From Heteronotia binoei (taxonomy: Eukaryota): a stretch of 64,000 nt of DNA. This document shows positions 34,515 to 61,700 of this stretch, piece by piece (positions within the stretch are counted from its first letter, which is position 1; the number at the start of each line of letters is the position of its first letter). The stretch lies in assembly GCF_032191835.1 (NCBI RefSeq), contig NC_083237.1:992001-1056000 (forward strand), read 5' to 3'. The notes below the pieces were generated by a model. The model was not told the origin of the DNA and searched no databases. It was given only the letters and a program-made list of their open reading frames with translations. The position numbers were made by a program, and so were the translations under genes.

Positions 34515-35744
34515 GACTAGACCCTGAAAGTACCTTCCAACTCTATGATTCTCCCTTATTAATTTGTCGCTCCCTTTAAAAGCCAAGCTTGTGGCCATCA
34601 TAACATTCTCCAGTTTCACAAGCCAATCATTCCTCAAGCAAAGAAGTACATCCTTTAGAGTACATTTCTGTGCTTCGAGGCGACTTCTAGCATGTTAAAG
34701 CCATAGAAAAAACAACAGCTCCTAGTGACAAAACAGGAGAGCTGCGCATCTTTCTTCTGGCTGCTCTGGAGTGGGAGGCACTCTGGGCTTCTCTTGTCTG
34801 AACATTTCGAAGGGCTTGTGATCTTGAACATGTGAATACCACAGTCTGGCTTCTTAGGCAGGCAGGCACAGTTCCAAATATTTTTATTATGACTAAAAGG
34901 CTAACTTTGTGATTTCGAGGGACTGTGTGTGTGTACACCTGGGGTGGGCAATGATTCTGACTTTAGATTTTTAAACAGTCTTGTGTATGAGACAAAATTA
35001 GGAACTGCAAATCTTTTGTTTCTTGTTTCATTAAAAATACCATTTTTTGCAGCTTTCCAGTAAAAAAGAGGTAGGTGGAAAAGAGAGTATTTATTTAGCA
35101 GTTCACAGGTTCGCAGGGAATAATGTTCCATTCCTCAGCCCTGTGGGAATTCACAGCAGGTGCATCAAGGGATGGAGGTGTCTTGCCACCTTAATTGCTC
35201 CCCCTCCCAGCAGTGTTCTTGCAAACTCTTGTCATATGTTCTCTGAACCTGTTTTGGGCATATGTCCCCCCTCCCTTCAGACCAGCCCTTGCCTTTTTGG
35301 AGTTCTGCACAGCTAATTAGAAACCTTTTCATGTATAGAAGGCTTCATACATCTGATTGCATGTTTTGCAGGCAGAACATTTGTGTGGGGTTCCCAGGCT
35401 ATAAAACTGGGAAGGGGATGGAGACTCCTGTTTGTAACCCACTGTATCTCACCAGCTTAGAGTTGGACACTAACCTTTCCCCTGGAAGCAGAAAAGGAGA
35501 TGAGAATTCATAAGAATATAGAACAGAAGAAAAGCCATGTTGGATCAGGCTGATGGCCCATCCGGTCCAATGTTCTGTGTCACACAGTGGTCAAAACTCA
35601 GAGCCATCAGGAGGTCCAGCAGTAGGACTAGAACTCCAGAATTCAGCCTGGTTCTGTGTCCGTTTCCCAAATGCTTGTCTGCTGTTTCTTTGGTATGATT
35701 GCCTTCAGGTGATGCCTGGAGATTTTCCCCTGTTATAATTGATC

Positions 35745-36790
35745 TATAATTTAGAAAAGATGGCTGTGATTACTAGGAGCCAGCATGAGTTTCTCAAGAA
35801 CAAGTCATATCAGATCGACCTGATCTCCTTTTTTGAGGAAGCTACTACTTTGCTGGATCAGGGAAATGCTGCAGACATAGTTTATCTTAATTCCAGGAAG
35901 GCTTTTGGTAAGGTTCCACATACTGTTCTTGTCAAGTTGGTAAAATGTGGCTTCGATCCTGTTACCGTTAGGTGGATCTGTAGCTGGTTGACAGATCTCA
36001 CCCAAAGAGTGCTTGTGAATGGTTCCTCATCCTCTTGTGGAGTGCTTCAAGGATCTGTCCTGGCACCTGTTTTGTTCAGCATCTTCATAAATGATTTGGA
36101 TGAAGGAATAGAGGGAATGCACATTAAATTTGCAGATGGTACTAAATCGGGAGGGGGAGCAAATACAGTAGAAAACAGAGACAGATACAGGATCATCTTG
36201 ACAGGTTGGAAAACTGGGCTAAAACCAATCAAATTAATTTTAACAGAAATAAATATAAAGTTCTTCATTTAGGTAGGAAAAATCTAATGCATCTTTATTG
36301 GATGGGGAAACTTGTCTTGGCAATAGTATGTGTGAAAAGGATCTAAGAGTCTTAGTGGATTGTACACTGAGTCAGCAGTGTGATGCGGTAGCTAAAAAGG
36401 CCAATGTGATTTTGGTCTATATCAACAGGGCTCTCCTTCCTTGGAGGTTTTTAAACAGAGGCTAGGCAGCCATCTGACAGCAATGCTGATTTGGTGAATC
36501 ATGAGGTGGGCAGTTAGGGTTGCATTAGTGCTTCGTTCTTGTCCTTTTTTACATGCCCAGGGAAATGCTGATTGCCACTTTGGGGTCAGTCAGCAATTTT
36601 TCTCCAGGCCAGTTTGACAAGGAGTCCTGGAGGTTTTTGCTATCTTCTGGGCATGGGGCAGGGGTCACCATGGATGTATATGTGTGGGAAAGGTATCTGA
36701 AGTTCCTACATTGTGCAGGGGGTTGGACTAGTGACCCTGGAGATCCCTTCCAAGTTCCAACTCTATGATTCCATGATTCTGTGATCTTCA
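35745..36790 (+). mobile_element. CR1 LINE reverse-transcriptase fragment plus 3' UTR
   Basis: ITRSQHEFLKNKS..IDLISFF..LLDQGNAADIVYL..RKAFGKVPH; QGSVLAPVLFSIFINDLDEGIEGMHIKFADGTK; tail ctctatgattccatgattct. Confidence 0.9.
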
Positions 36791-36973
36791 GATGACTATG
36801 ATCTGTTCCTCTGGAGAAAATGTCTCCATTGGAAGCTGGACTTTTTGAAGTGTTGCCAACTCCAGTTTGGGAAAGACCTGCAGGGGGCAGAGGCTTTCCT
36901 AGAGAGGAGAGTGGCTCCAAAGAGGATGGGGGTCTGGGGGCTTCCAGGCATCCAGGACTCTGTTTCTGCTCGA

Positions 36974-37885
36974 GGAGAGCCAGTTTGGTGTAGTGGTTAA
37001 GTGTGTGGACTCTTATCTGGGAGAACCGGGTTTGATTCCCCACTCCTCCCCTTGCACCTGCTGGAATGGTCTTGGGTCAGCCATAGTGGTTACGTGTGTG
37101 GACTCTTATCTGGGACAACCGGGTTTGATTCCCACTCCTCCCCTTGCACCTGCTGGAATGGCCTTGGGTCAGCCCTAGCCCACACATTGTCCTTGAAAGG
37201 GCAGCTTCTGTGAGAGCCAGTTTGGTGTAGTGGTTAAGTGCGTGAACTCTTATCTGGGAGAGCCGGGTTTGATCCCCCACTCCTCCACTTGCACGTGCTG
37301 GAATGGTCTTGGGTCAGCCGTAGCTCTCTTTTCTGGGAGAACTGGGTTTGATTCCCCACTCCTCCACTTGCACCTGCTGGAATGGCCTTGGGTCAGCCAG
37401 AGCTCTCTTATCTGGGAGAACCGGGTTTGATTCCCCACTCCTCCACTTGCAGCTGCTGGAATGGCCTTGGGTCAGCCAGAGCTCTCTTATCTGGGAGAAC
37501 TGGGATGGATTCCCCACTCCTCCACTTGCACCTGCTGGAATGGCCTTGGGTAAGCCAGAGCTCTCTTATCTGGGAGAACCAGGTTTGATTCCCCACTCCT
37601 CCACTTGCAGCTGCTGGAATGGCCTTGGGTCAGCCAGAGCTCTCTTATCTGGGAGAACCAGGTTTGATTCCCCACTCCTCCACTTGCACCTGCTGGAATG
37701 CCCTTGGGTCAGCCAGAGCTATTGCAGGAGTTGTCCTTGAAAGGGCAGCTGCTGTGAGAGCCCTCTCAGCCCCACCCACCTCACAGGGTGTTTGTTGTGG
37801 GGGAAGAAGATAAAGGCAATTGTGAGCTGCTCTGAGACTCTGATTCAGGGTGGAGAGCCGAATATAAATCCCATATTGCCTTCTT
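36974..37885 (+). repeat. Two family A SINEs; the second has 6 tandem 79-nt units from its 5' half
   Basis: B-box-like motif recurs at 37265, 37344, 37423, 37502, 37581, 37660. Confidence 0.88.
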
Positions 37886-39204
37886 CTTCTTGAGCCACTG
37901 GTGCTCTGAGACTCAGAGGTCAGAATCCTGTAGCTCATTCGCCCTCCTGCCTATTGCCAAGCAGAAGTCATAGCTAGAACAATCAAATAGGACTGAAAGA
38001 GGAATGCTGGGCAGGGGGTGAGGTGCAATTGGAAGGAGAAACTTGGCAGGGCTCCTCACCTCCTGGGTGAGTTTGCAAAATAACGGGGAAAGATCTGCTG
38101 TTTCTTTCTGTTTGTTTTCCTCCACAGGACTTCGGCTGCCATCTGTTGGGTCCCTGGCACTCTACTGTCCAGGAATGGTGAAGGCTTGTGGCTTCCTGGA
38201 TCCTGGCCTCAGCCTGGAAGCTCAGGCCCTTCTGCTTGGGTTCTGCCAATGCACTAGGCATGGGCTTTCCTTGGAGCATGGGATTGGGCTACAGTGACCC
38301 ACTCTCAGGCAACACCAGTTGGCCTCCCAAAACAGTTGAGAAGTCTGAGTTTGGTTCAAGATTCAGCAGCCAGGCTCATAGGGAGGGTTGGAGAAAGGGC
38401 TGAAAGATCGGCAGCGTCTGCCTCTCTGTTCCCAGAGACTGTTTAAAGTGCTGATGTTGAAGTTCCAAAGGTCTTGGGACAGGGGGTCTGAAGCATTGTC
38501 TCCTTCAGTATTACCCTGCTTGCTAGCTAACACCTTTGGCTCAGGGCCTTCTCTCTGCACACCCCTAATCCCCACAAGGTGAAGCAGGCTGCAGCAAGAG
38601 ATAGGAATTTGTTAGGGCCATGTCATCCCCACAAACACACACTAGAAGTCTGCCCGCTGCTTACTTTGTAGACATTGAAGGCACCCTCTCAAGTCTTTTA
38701 ACAGTTTGTCCCAAGTTTACGTAGGATATATTCTGGGGTAGTTTTGTAGAAAAATAGGTGGTGGAGCTCATCCAGGAATTGTTATGCAGCTACACCTACT
38801 ATTCAATGGACAAGGTGGGAAGGAGGAGGTGGAATTCTCAGGAGGTTCAGGAGCTGTGCTCTGTGAGCTCCTGCTGAATCCGAGGTCTGGATGTATTACA
38901 GTCTTTTACAGATTGTGTCCACTTCTTTACACTGCATTTTGATATGCTTTATATAATTTTATACCATTAAACTCTTTCCCTTCTGTTGGTGATTTTGAAA
39001 TGGCTGTGTGGCTGACTGTTCATTTTACCTGGCTGGATAAATTCCTGGAGAGGCAGTCAACACATTTTCTCAGTAAAATAATTAAATAGCTTGCAAGAAG
39101 GGCATTTCTGCTTTAGGTCTCCGTTTGGGGAAAGGGCAAGGTACAAATGAAGTAAATAAACAATTCCACCTTGCTGTTGATGAAGCGGAACAGAAGCACA
39201 CAAG

Positions 39205-39720
39205 AATCATAGAATTGGAAGGGACCTCTAGGGTCATCTAGTCCAGCCCCCTGCACAATGCAGGGAACTCACAGACACCTCCCCCTAAATTCACAGGATC
39301 TTCATTGCTGTCAGATGGCCATCTAGCCTCTGTTTAAAAACCTCCAGGGAAGGAGAGCCCACCACTTCCCAAGGAAGCCTGTTCCACTGAGGAATCACTG
39401 TAACGGTCAGGAAGTTCTTCCTAATGTTGACCTGGAAACTCTTGATTTAATTTCAACCCATCGGTTCTGGTCCTACCTTCGGGGGCCACAGAAAACAATT
39501 CCACACCATCCTCTATATGACAGCCCTTCAAGTACCTTTCAGCTGCCTCTTCTCCAGGCTAAACATCCCCAGTTCCTTCAACCTTTCCTCATAGGACTTG
39601 GTCTCCAGACCCCTCACCATCTTCGTCGCCCTCCTCTGGACCTGTTCCAGCTTGTCTAGATCCTTCTTAAAATGTGGTGCCCAAAACTGAGCACAATATT
39701 CCAGGTGAGGTATTACCAGA
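39205..39720 (-). mobile_element. CR1 3' portion
   Basis: aatcatagaattggaagggacc tail followed by reverse CR1 ORF2 C-terminal sequence. Confidence 0.85.
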
Positions 39721-40239
39721 GGACAAAGCCTGCCCTGGAAGGAAGAAAGGAAGAGGAGCCCAAACCAACCATCCTCTAAGTCCTGGCACGCTTAAGACTT
39801 GCTACTGACAAGTGGACAGACTGGCAGCAAACTCACCTTCAGTGTTGAGTCTTTCCCTCCCACATGGAACCTGCTCCCTTCTTGGGAAATGTCTTGGAAC
39901 AATTCACAGTGGTTATACAACACTAAGTCAAGCACTTCTCATTGTGGAGGTCCTGGCCCAGGAGTGCTTTGGAAGGAAAATCCCCCTTTTCAGGCTGATG
40001 CATGTGATACTCCGCAAGAACCTGGTGAAATGTCTCGCCTCTCTCTCAGCTCAGTCCCATTTTCTCATCATTATAATTTGCTGAGAGCTGGCAAGATTTT
40101 TGAAAAAAAATGCTGGGCATCAGTCAATAATAGAGGAACCCCAAGCACTTTGTGCAGGCAAAACTCTTCATGATAAACATGGAGTAGAAGTCCATCAGTG
40201 GCTATCGGATAAACATATGGAGCAGAGGTCCATTAGCGG

Positions 40240-40490
40240 CTATTGTTGTTGTTGTTCAGTCGCAGTGGAGTCCGACTCTTTGTGGCCCCCTGGACCAAGT
40301 CACGCCAGGCCCTCCTGCCTTCCACCATCCTCTGAAGTCTGCTCAAATTCGTGTTTGTTACATCAGCAATGCTGTCCAGCCATCTCCTCTTTTGCTGTCC
40401 CCTTCTTCTTTGGCCTTCTGTCATTCCCAGCATCAGGATCTTCTCCAGTGAGTGCTCCCTTCTCATTTGGTGGCCAAAGTATTTGAGCTA
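40240..40490 (-). mobile_element. Bov-B/RTE 3' end nested in a CR1 3' fragment (~40185-40710)
   Basis: ORF MRREHSLEKILMLGMTEGQRRRGQQKRRWLDSIADVTNTNLSRLQRMVEGRRAWRDLVQGATKSRTPL with an (AAC)n tail. Confidence 0.85.
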
Positions 40491-40829
40491 TTAGTGGTTA
40501 TTAGCCACAGCTTATTGTTGGAACTCTCTGTTTGGGGCAGTGATGCTCCGTATTCTTGGTGGTGGTGGGGCACAGTGGGAGGGCTTATAGTGTCCTGGCC
40601 CCACTGGTAGACCTCCTGATGGCACTTGGGGTTTTTTGGTTACTGTGTGACAGGGTGTTGGATTAGACGGGCCATTGGCCTGATCCAACATGGCTTATGT
40701 TCTTATGACTTATTCATGCCTTGCATTGTAGCACATCCCTGTGGCCACCAGCTCTACACATGAGAGAGCCCTTGGAGCACAGGATATTCTGTTACAGAAC
40801 TGAAAGTTACTGTTCTGCTCTGCCCCCTC

Positions 40830-40960
40830 TGAAAAAAAACCCTCAAAGGGAATATGAAAATTCTGAATTGGAACTCATGAAGAAATTAAATACTACATGT
40901 CATCCTGGCTTCAACAGAGACCTGCATTTCCTTACTCATTACAGTCTCTAATGGCTCTAC
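40830..40960 (+). mobile_element. Penelope-like element, GIY-YIG C-terminal remnant
   Basis: REYENSELELMKKLNTTCHPGFNRDLHFLTHY resembles the Penelope C-terminus; short Penelope-type terminal pieces also near 15465, 17390, 28880, 48265, 51415. Confidence 0.55.
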
Positions 40961-43743
40961 AGGACCCACTTTTTAGAAATGTTAATTGGCAGTTTTCAAC
41001 ACACTGTATCAGATGATACCTTGAACCAATATCAGTTAATTCTGAAATGATTTATGCTGTTTCATTGCTTTCCTTGTCTATTTGAACCTGTGACCGCTCT
41101 CACCATCCATGACGTGCAACTACTACTTCTGTTTATGGGATTCACCCCTGACTTCCCTATCTTACGTCTTTTCTGTCACCTGCCCTTTAATACTTCTGAG
41201 TGGAGCTGCTAAGAACTGAACCCAGGATCTTTTGCATGCCAAGCAGATTGTTCTACCACCGAGTCACAGCCCCACAGTTTCTGGTGTTCTCCTCTGCTCT
41301 TTGCCTGTAATAGATAGCCAGAATCACACACAAGAAGCTAGTCCACAGTAGAGCAACCCAGTGTGACAGTTTTATTTTCTTTCCATTGTTTTTCAATATA
41401 TAAATACCCTCCCACGAATCCCCGGCATAAATATTTTTGCAAAGCAGTTTCATCATCTTGCTACGCTAGACAATCTTATGAAATATTTAAATCAGGGGCT
41501 GGAGCATAAAACCAAGGAGTCCCGACTGGGTTCTCCTTCACCCTGATGGTGCCGTACACAGTTTTTAACCCTAATTCATGCCAACGCCCCAACCGGTCCA
41601 GCCGTGTCTTGTGGACGCTAACAGGAAATTGTGGCAGATGGATTTGCACTCGGTTCTGAAGCAGAAGTGGGCGAGGGGATGGCATGGACGGTGCTAGGAG
41701 GGTCCCGGACCAGTTCCAAAAGCTTCATTCCCCATATCTGTTGGCTGAGGGTGTGATTTTGAAGACACGGAACAAAACTCCACCGGCCATGGGTGGGCTG
41801 TCAGGCACATGGCAGAGGAAAACCCCTTGACTCCACCTCTGCCAGCATGTGCCGTCACAAGGACAGAGAGAGAAAGCTCAGCAGGAAGAGGTGGTATTCA
41901 TGGAGAGGAATACAAACAAGAGACAGACTACAAGGCAGGTGAGATGCGTAAGTGGGGCCAAGAGGCAGGGCAGAGGCTGCCCAGGGGATGGGATGGACAG
42001 AGCTGCGGCTGCTGCTGCTTGGATGTTCCTGACACTGGTGAGCCTTCTGGGGCTCCCCTGTGACCCTACTGACTAGCTCCGTGAACAGGAAGGGGTGATG
42101 TCTAAAGAAGGTGCTCACCTCTGAAGGAGGCACTGAGTGCAGGATCACAACATTGAAGTGCAACAGGAGTCACCACCATGATCTCTACCCTGCCTGTTAA
42201 CCCACCTTGAGCAAAACCCACCCTGTGAGGCCCTGGAGTCCGCCTGTGCCCAAAGAGGGCGAGAAGTGCTGCCATGGCAAGAAGCCAGGCTGGAGTTCAG
42301 AATGCAGACTTTGTATCATGGTCAGATGCCCAGAGAAGACACAAATATGAGAGTTTTCTCATCTCCCCCCCCAATAACCCCTCCCCTACTGGCCGACTTT
42401 GAACAGCAGCACAATTCTAACAGCACTCGAAACCCAAGCCGCTCCCCATTCCAGTGGAAAAGGAGGCTCATTTTCACTGAAATATTCCCCCCCCCCCCAA
42501 AAAAAAATATTGAACCTGCAGTTTAATTTCTCTGGGCAGTGAAAAGGGGGTTTTTAAAGCAGATTTAAGTGAGAGGAGTCGGCAGGAGAGTAAAGACAGC
42601 ACGTGACGCATTCCAGAACCTTGAGTCTCCCGGCATCTGCTGAAATCCAGAACGACTGGCTCTCAAGGTAAGAAAAATGAATCAGAACATTAGAAATCAG
42701 GGCGGGAAAGAAGGAAAATGACACTATGGCGAGTCATTTTTGTAAACATGAGATGTGGCTAAATCAAAGCTTTCCTATGAGGGAAAACATTGACATTTTT
42801 ATTATGGGGGAGAAAAGTTTCTGGAAAACTGCATTTTCAACCCAAAGTTTGTGTCCCCTTCCTCCAATTTGCTAGACTAGAAAACTCTGGTTTCATAATT
42901 TCACTGCCAGACTGGGAAATTTTTGCTTCTTTTGTAAGCTGATGGAGACTGCCCCAGTTAGAGATACAGATGCCTGTGAAGCAGCAGCTCAACCTTATGG
43001 GGAGGCTATGAAGGGCCTGCTCTTCTTCTCTCCACCCTGCCCCACCCCTGGGGCTGGAGAGGCAGCTTGTGTTCAGGCATCCCAGTTTGAAGTCCTATCT
43101 CTGACCAGGAACTGGCCAACCAAACGGCCTGGCAGATGAAGGGGGAGACACTGCAGCCACTCCTGTCTGGGCTCTGCATGGAAACGGCGGCCCTGTTTCC
43201 CACCCTCCTCCCCAGCGATGGAAGAAAACCCCTGTGAGAACCTGGAACTGCCTCTGAGGCTTGGAGCCCTCCCTCCTGGCAAAGACGACAGGGGCACGAC
43301 TGCCCTCCCCACAGCTACCACGCTAGCTCCCCTCCAAGGAAGATGAATGGCAGCATCTTACGGGTTGGTTGTTGGCACAGACGTGGCTGCTTTGGAGGAC
43401 GAGGGGTTCCAGCTGGCAACCTATTCCCCACTCTAAGGGTGGGCCTGTGGGGCAGCCGTTTCCACAGAGGGTCCTTGAGGCGAGGCAGCGGGTTTTCCAT
43501 GCTGGTATTCCCAGCACTGCTTTTGATTCTGGATCTTGGCTAAAGAGCCATTTGCCGGGCTTCACCAGCAGTTGTGTTCTTGCCATAGCCCAGCAGTGGG
43601 CAGCACCCAAGCAGCCCATGGTCTCTGGTGAGTCCCAGGCCAGGGCCCACGGGCAGGGCACCACGCTGCCAGCAGTTAGCCCTGCGCCGTGTCCAGCTTG
43701 GCTGGCACAAGGCACCGGTTCCTCGGGGCTCAGCCCCGCGCCG

Positions 43744-58239
<14,496 letters not shown>

Positions 58240-58241
<2 letters not shown>

Positions 58242-61020
58242 CTTCCCGGGGCTGGCAGGCGGCGGGAGAAGAGCGCCCGGAGGGGGGCGCTGCTGGGGGG
58301 GAGAGAGAGAGAGCGAGAGGGAGGGGGTTAGGGGGAGCCGCGGGCCCCTGAGCCTGCACAGAGCGCTCCTCGCCGGGCCTGTCCCTCCGGGCGCCTACCT
58401 GCTATGTGGGGCCGGCTCGGCGGGGCATGTCCGGCGGCGGGGGGCCCCTCCGGCCAGGGGCGGCTCAGGGCATGGCGCGGGCGGGGCGCGGCCGCTACGG
58501 GGGTCGCCGGTCCATGGCGCGCCGCTCGGGGGGTGGAGTCCTCCTTTCTCAGGCTGGGGAGGGGGAGAGAGAGAGAGGCCGGGATGAGAGCCCCGCCCGC
58601 GGGCAGGCCCTGCTCGGCCGCGCACCTGGCGGCGCCTCCTCCTCCTCCTCCGCCGCCTGCATCCGCGCCCCTGCTGCGCCCATCATCCCGTTGCCGCGGC
58701 GACGCTGCCGGGCGGGGCCGGGGAGGACCGCTCCGCCCGAGGGGGGAGGGAGGGGGGGGAGGCGCCGGCCGGCCTGCAGGGCCCTCTCCCCGCCGCCGCA
58801 GCGCCGCTTACCTGCCTGCCCGCCCGCACGGTCCCCCCGGCGCCCAGCCCGCCTGACGCAGCGTCGCGGCGCCTCCCTCCGCCCCGCAGACGGAGGAGGG
58901 GAGGGGAGGGGCGCCTAGGCAGCAGCCGGCCGGCCGGCAGACCCACCCCACCGCGGGGCCCGGCGTGGGCCCTCTCCCTCCCTCCCTCCCTCTCTCGCCA
59001 GGGCCGGGGGCGCGCGAGGCGGAGCCGGGCGCCCTTGAAACGGAGAGGGGGGGGGCTGCTAGCCGCTGCCGCTAGAGGGACCCTCGGCTCCGCGTCCTGC
59101 CGAGGCCAGCGCCCTGGGCGCGCTTCGCTGGGCTGGAGATCGGGCCCCCTGGCTGCTCTGACGCAGCAGAGGCGGCGGCGGAGCTCTTTTTAGGCGGCGG
59201 GGGGGCGCCGGCCTCCAGGCCCGGCCCGCCCCCGGAGCCCTTCCCGGCCCCGCAGGATTTGCCTGGGGGGCTGCCAGGGGAGCCTTGTCTCGGAGGGAGG
59301 AGGCTCATCCGGCCACCGAGCATGTGCAAAGTGCAACCCCCCCCCCCGGAGGCCAAGGGGAAGGCGAGGCGGTCCAGACTGGGGAAGAGCGCCGCAATGG
59401 GCCTCCCGCCGCCAGGCCCAGGACGCAGCCGCTCTGGAGCGAGACGAGCCCAGTCCGAGGGGACGGAGCTCCCGGAGCAGGCGGCGCCCCCCGCCCCGCC
59501 GGCGGCTCCAGCTGGTGCAGCCCCGCACAGCGGCGCGAGAGGCGGTTGCCGCGCCCGGCTAGGCCAGCTGGGGGCAGCAGCGGCCTAGGTGAGGCCTCTG
59601 TCTCCGCCGGTGCCCATGGGATGCCCCTGTGCGAGGAAGAGGGCAGCCGGGGAGGGGGCTTCTTCGGTGCTTCTCGCGTGACCCCCTGGAGAAGGGAAGT
59701 TTCAGGGCCGGGGCGAGGAGCTGCGAGGGATGCCAACTCCAGGCTTGGACATTCCGGGAGGTTGGGAAATTCAGAAATGCGGTGCCGCCGAGCTGCTGCC
59801 CTTTTCTCCAAGTTAACGTTGCCTGGCCAGCAGTGGTAGTTCTGGGAGAACTCTCCAGGGCCCACCTGGCAATTGGCATGGGGCGTGGAACCACTCCGGG
59901 AGTGAAGGAGGAGCCGCTGGCCCGGCTCAGGTAGGGCTGCGGTCCTCCAGGTGCCAGCGGGAGACCTCCACGGGAGAAAGCGGCGGCCTGGGCGGGTGTC
60001 CTCAGTTGGCACCCAGGGGGGCGCGAGAGGAGAGGCTGCGGGGCAGGCGGGGCGGGGCGGGGCAGGGGGGCGGGGGTGCGCCCTGGCGGGGCCCCAGCGG
60101 CAGGGGGTGGGGGGAGGCAGGCAGGCGGGCAGTCAGCTGGTCGGGCGGGGGCCGGACTTCCTGGTGCTGCTGTTGCTGCCGCCGCCGCCTCCTCCGCGGC
60201 TCGGGCTGCTGCTGCTGGTGCTGCGGGGCTCGTGGGCAGGCGAGGAGCGGCTTGGTCCTTCCCTCGGCGGGTGCCGCCGCCGCCACGATGCCGGCCTCCT
60301 GAGCTGCAGCGGCGTCGGGGGATGGTGGCGGGCGGGCGGAGGTGAGGCCGCGCTGGGCTGGGCTCCCCTGCCTGCCTGCCGCCCTGGGGCCTTGGGAGCG
60401 TGGCAGCGCCGCCATGGGCCGGCCCCGGTAGCAGCCCAGCCGCCATGAGCGGGGGGAAGAAGAAGAGCGGCTTCCAGATCACCAGCGTCACCTCCGACTA
60501 CCAGCAGGCCGCCGCCGCCGGCGAGGCCAAGGAGCGGCCCGAGCAAGCCGGAGATGGCGAGGCCCCGCCGCCCGCCCCCAACGGGCCCGCCTCGCTGCAG
60601 GCGCCCGGGGGCTCCCGCTTCCGCGTGGTCAAGCTGGCCCAGGGCTCCGGAGAGCCCTACAAGCGCGGCCGCTGGACCTGCCGGGACTTCTACGAGCAGC
60701 ACGACGCGCAGCAGCAGCCCCTGGGCGGGCGCCTGGCCGAATCCGCCCGCCTCCCGCAGTCCCTCGACTCCCGCCTGGAGGTGGCCGGCCTCCTGCTGCA
60801 GCCCAAGCCCGCCGCCAGCCTCTACAGCCCCCAGCCGCAGCGCCGCCGCACCGCCCCCCTCCCCGCCGCCGCCGCCCCCCAGGCCCGCTCCCTGGGCGCC
60901 GGCCTGCCCCTCCTCGCCAGCCCCCGGGCAGCCCCCCCCAGCCCCCCCGCCCTGCTGCTGGAGGAGCACCCGCTGTCGCCCCGCAGCGCCCACAGGGAGG
61001 CGGAGGAGCGCGGCAAGGTG
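58240..61020. promoter_or_regulatory. CpG island, shared head-to-head promoter region of NYAP1 (-) and TSC22D4 (+)
   Basis: Very high CpG density and GC boxes (GGGGCGGGG run at ~60045-60075); candidate non-coding exon donors CAG|GTAAG on - at 58812 and TAG|GTGAG on + at 59588. Confidence 0.75.
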
Positions 61021-61700
61021 AGGCCTTTCTCCCCGTCCCCAGGCAGCCTGCTCTGTGGATCTTGGCCCGGTGCCCTTCCATGGCTGAGGTGGCAGCCGCA
61101 GAACGCCCCGCAAGACCAGCCTTGGCTGGCCCTCTGGACGGGGGGGGGGGGGGGGGATTAGCAGCAGCTGCCCCCCCTTGGCCAAACAAGGAGCCATTGA
61201 GGGATGAAGGGGTCACTGAAGAGGGAAGGGCAAGCCCCTTGAAGGGGGAGGGGAGGGGAGAAAGGCCTCCTTGGCCTCTGTGGCCTGCCCCCCCCCCAGC
61301 AGGCTTGTTCTCCTCTTCCTAGAAACCCATCCCTGTTTGGGCTGGCCGGAGCACACAAGCGCCTTGTCTTCGCTTGGTGGAGGGAAAGGCCGTGGTCTGG
61401 CCCCCCTGGGGTGGGGGAGCACGGCACCCTTCAAGGCCCAGATGGCAGTCAGCTGCTTTCTCAGCTCTGGCTGACAGCAAGGGCAAAGGGCCCCGTTGCG
61501 GAAAGGGTCAGGCTGAGTTCTTTCTTGCCCTGCCAGGTTCTGCCCAGAGAGTCCCGCTCACGGCCCTCGTCCCCGGCACCCCCCCTCCTTCGAGATGCCA
61601 GCCCCAGCCGGAGGACCTCAGACCCTTTCAGTGCTGCCCGCTTCAGCTTGGCACGGTCCATGTTTGGCATGGGGGTTGCGCACGACAGTGACGATGACAG
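60445..61700 (+). CDS. TSC22D4: TSC22 domain family member 4, first two coding exons (60445..61017, 61537..61700); 3' exons lie beyond the window
   Basis: MSGGKKKSGFQITSVTSDY; SRFRVVKLAQGSGEPYKRGRWTCRDFYE; SLDSRLEVA; exon 2 SRPSSP...FSLARSMF...HDSDDDS followed by GTAGGT donor. Confidence 0.93.

Noticed and set aside
59559-61216. Several 200-350 aa - strand ORFs over the TSC22D4 5' region
   Set aside because: CpG-island shadow ORFs with low-complexity sequence.
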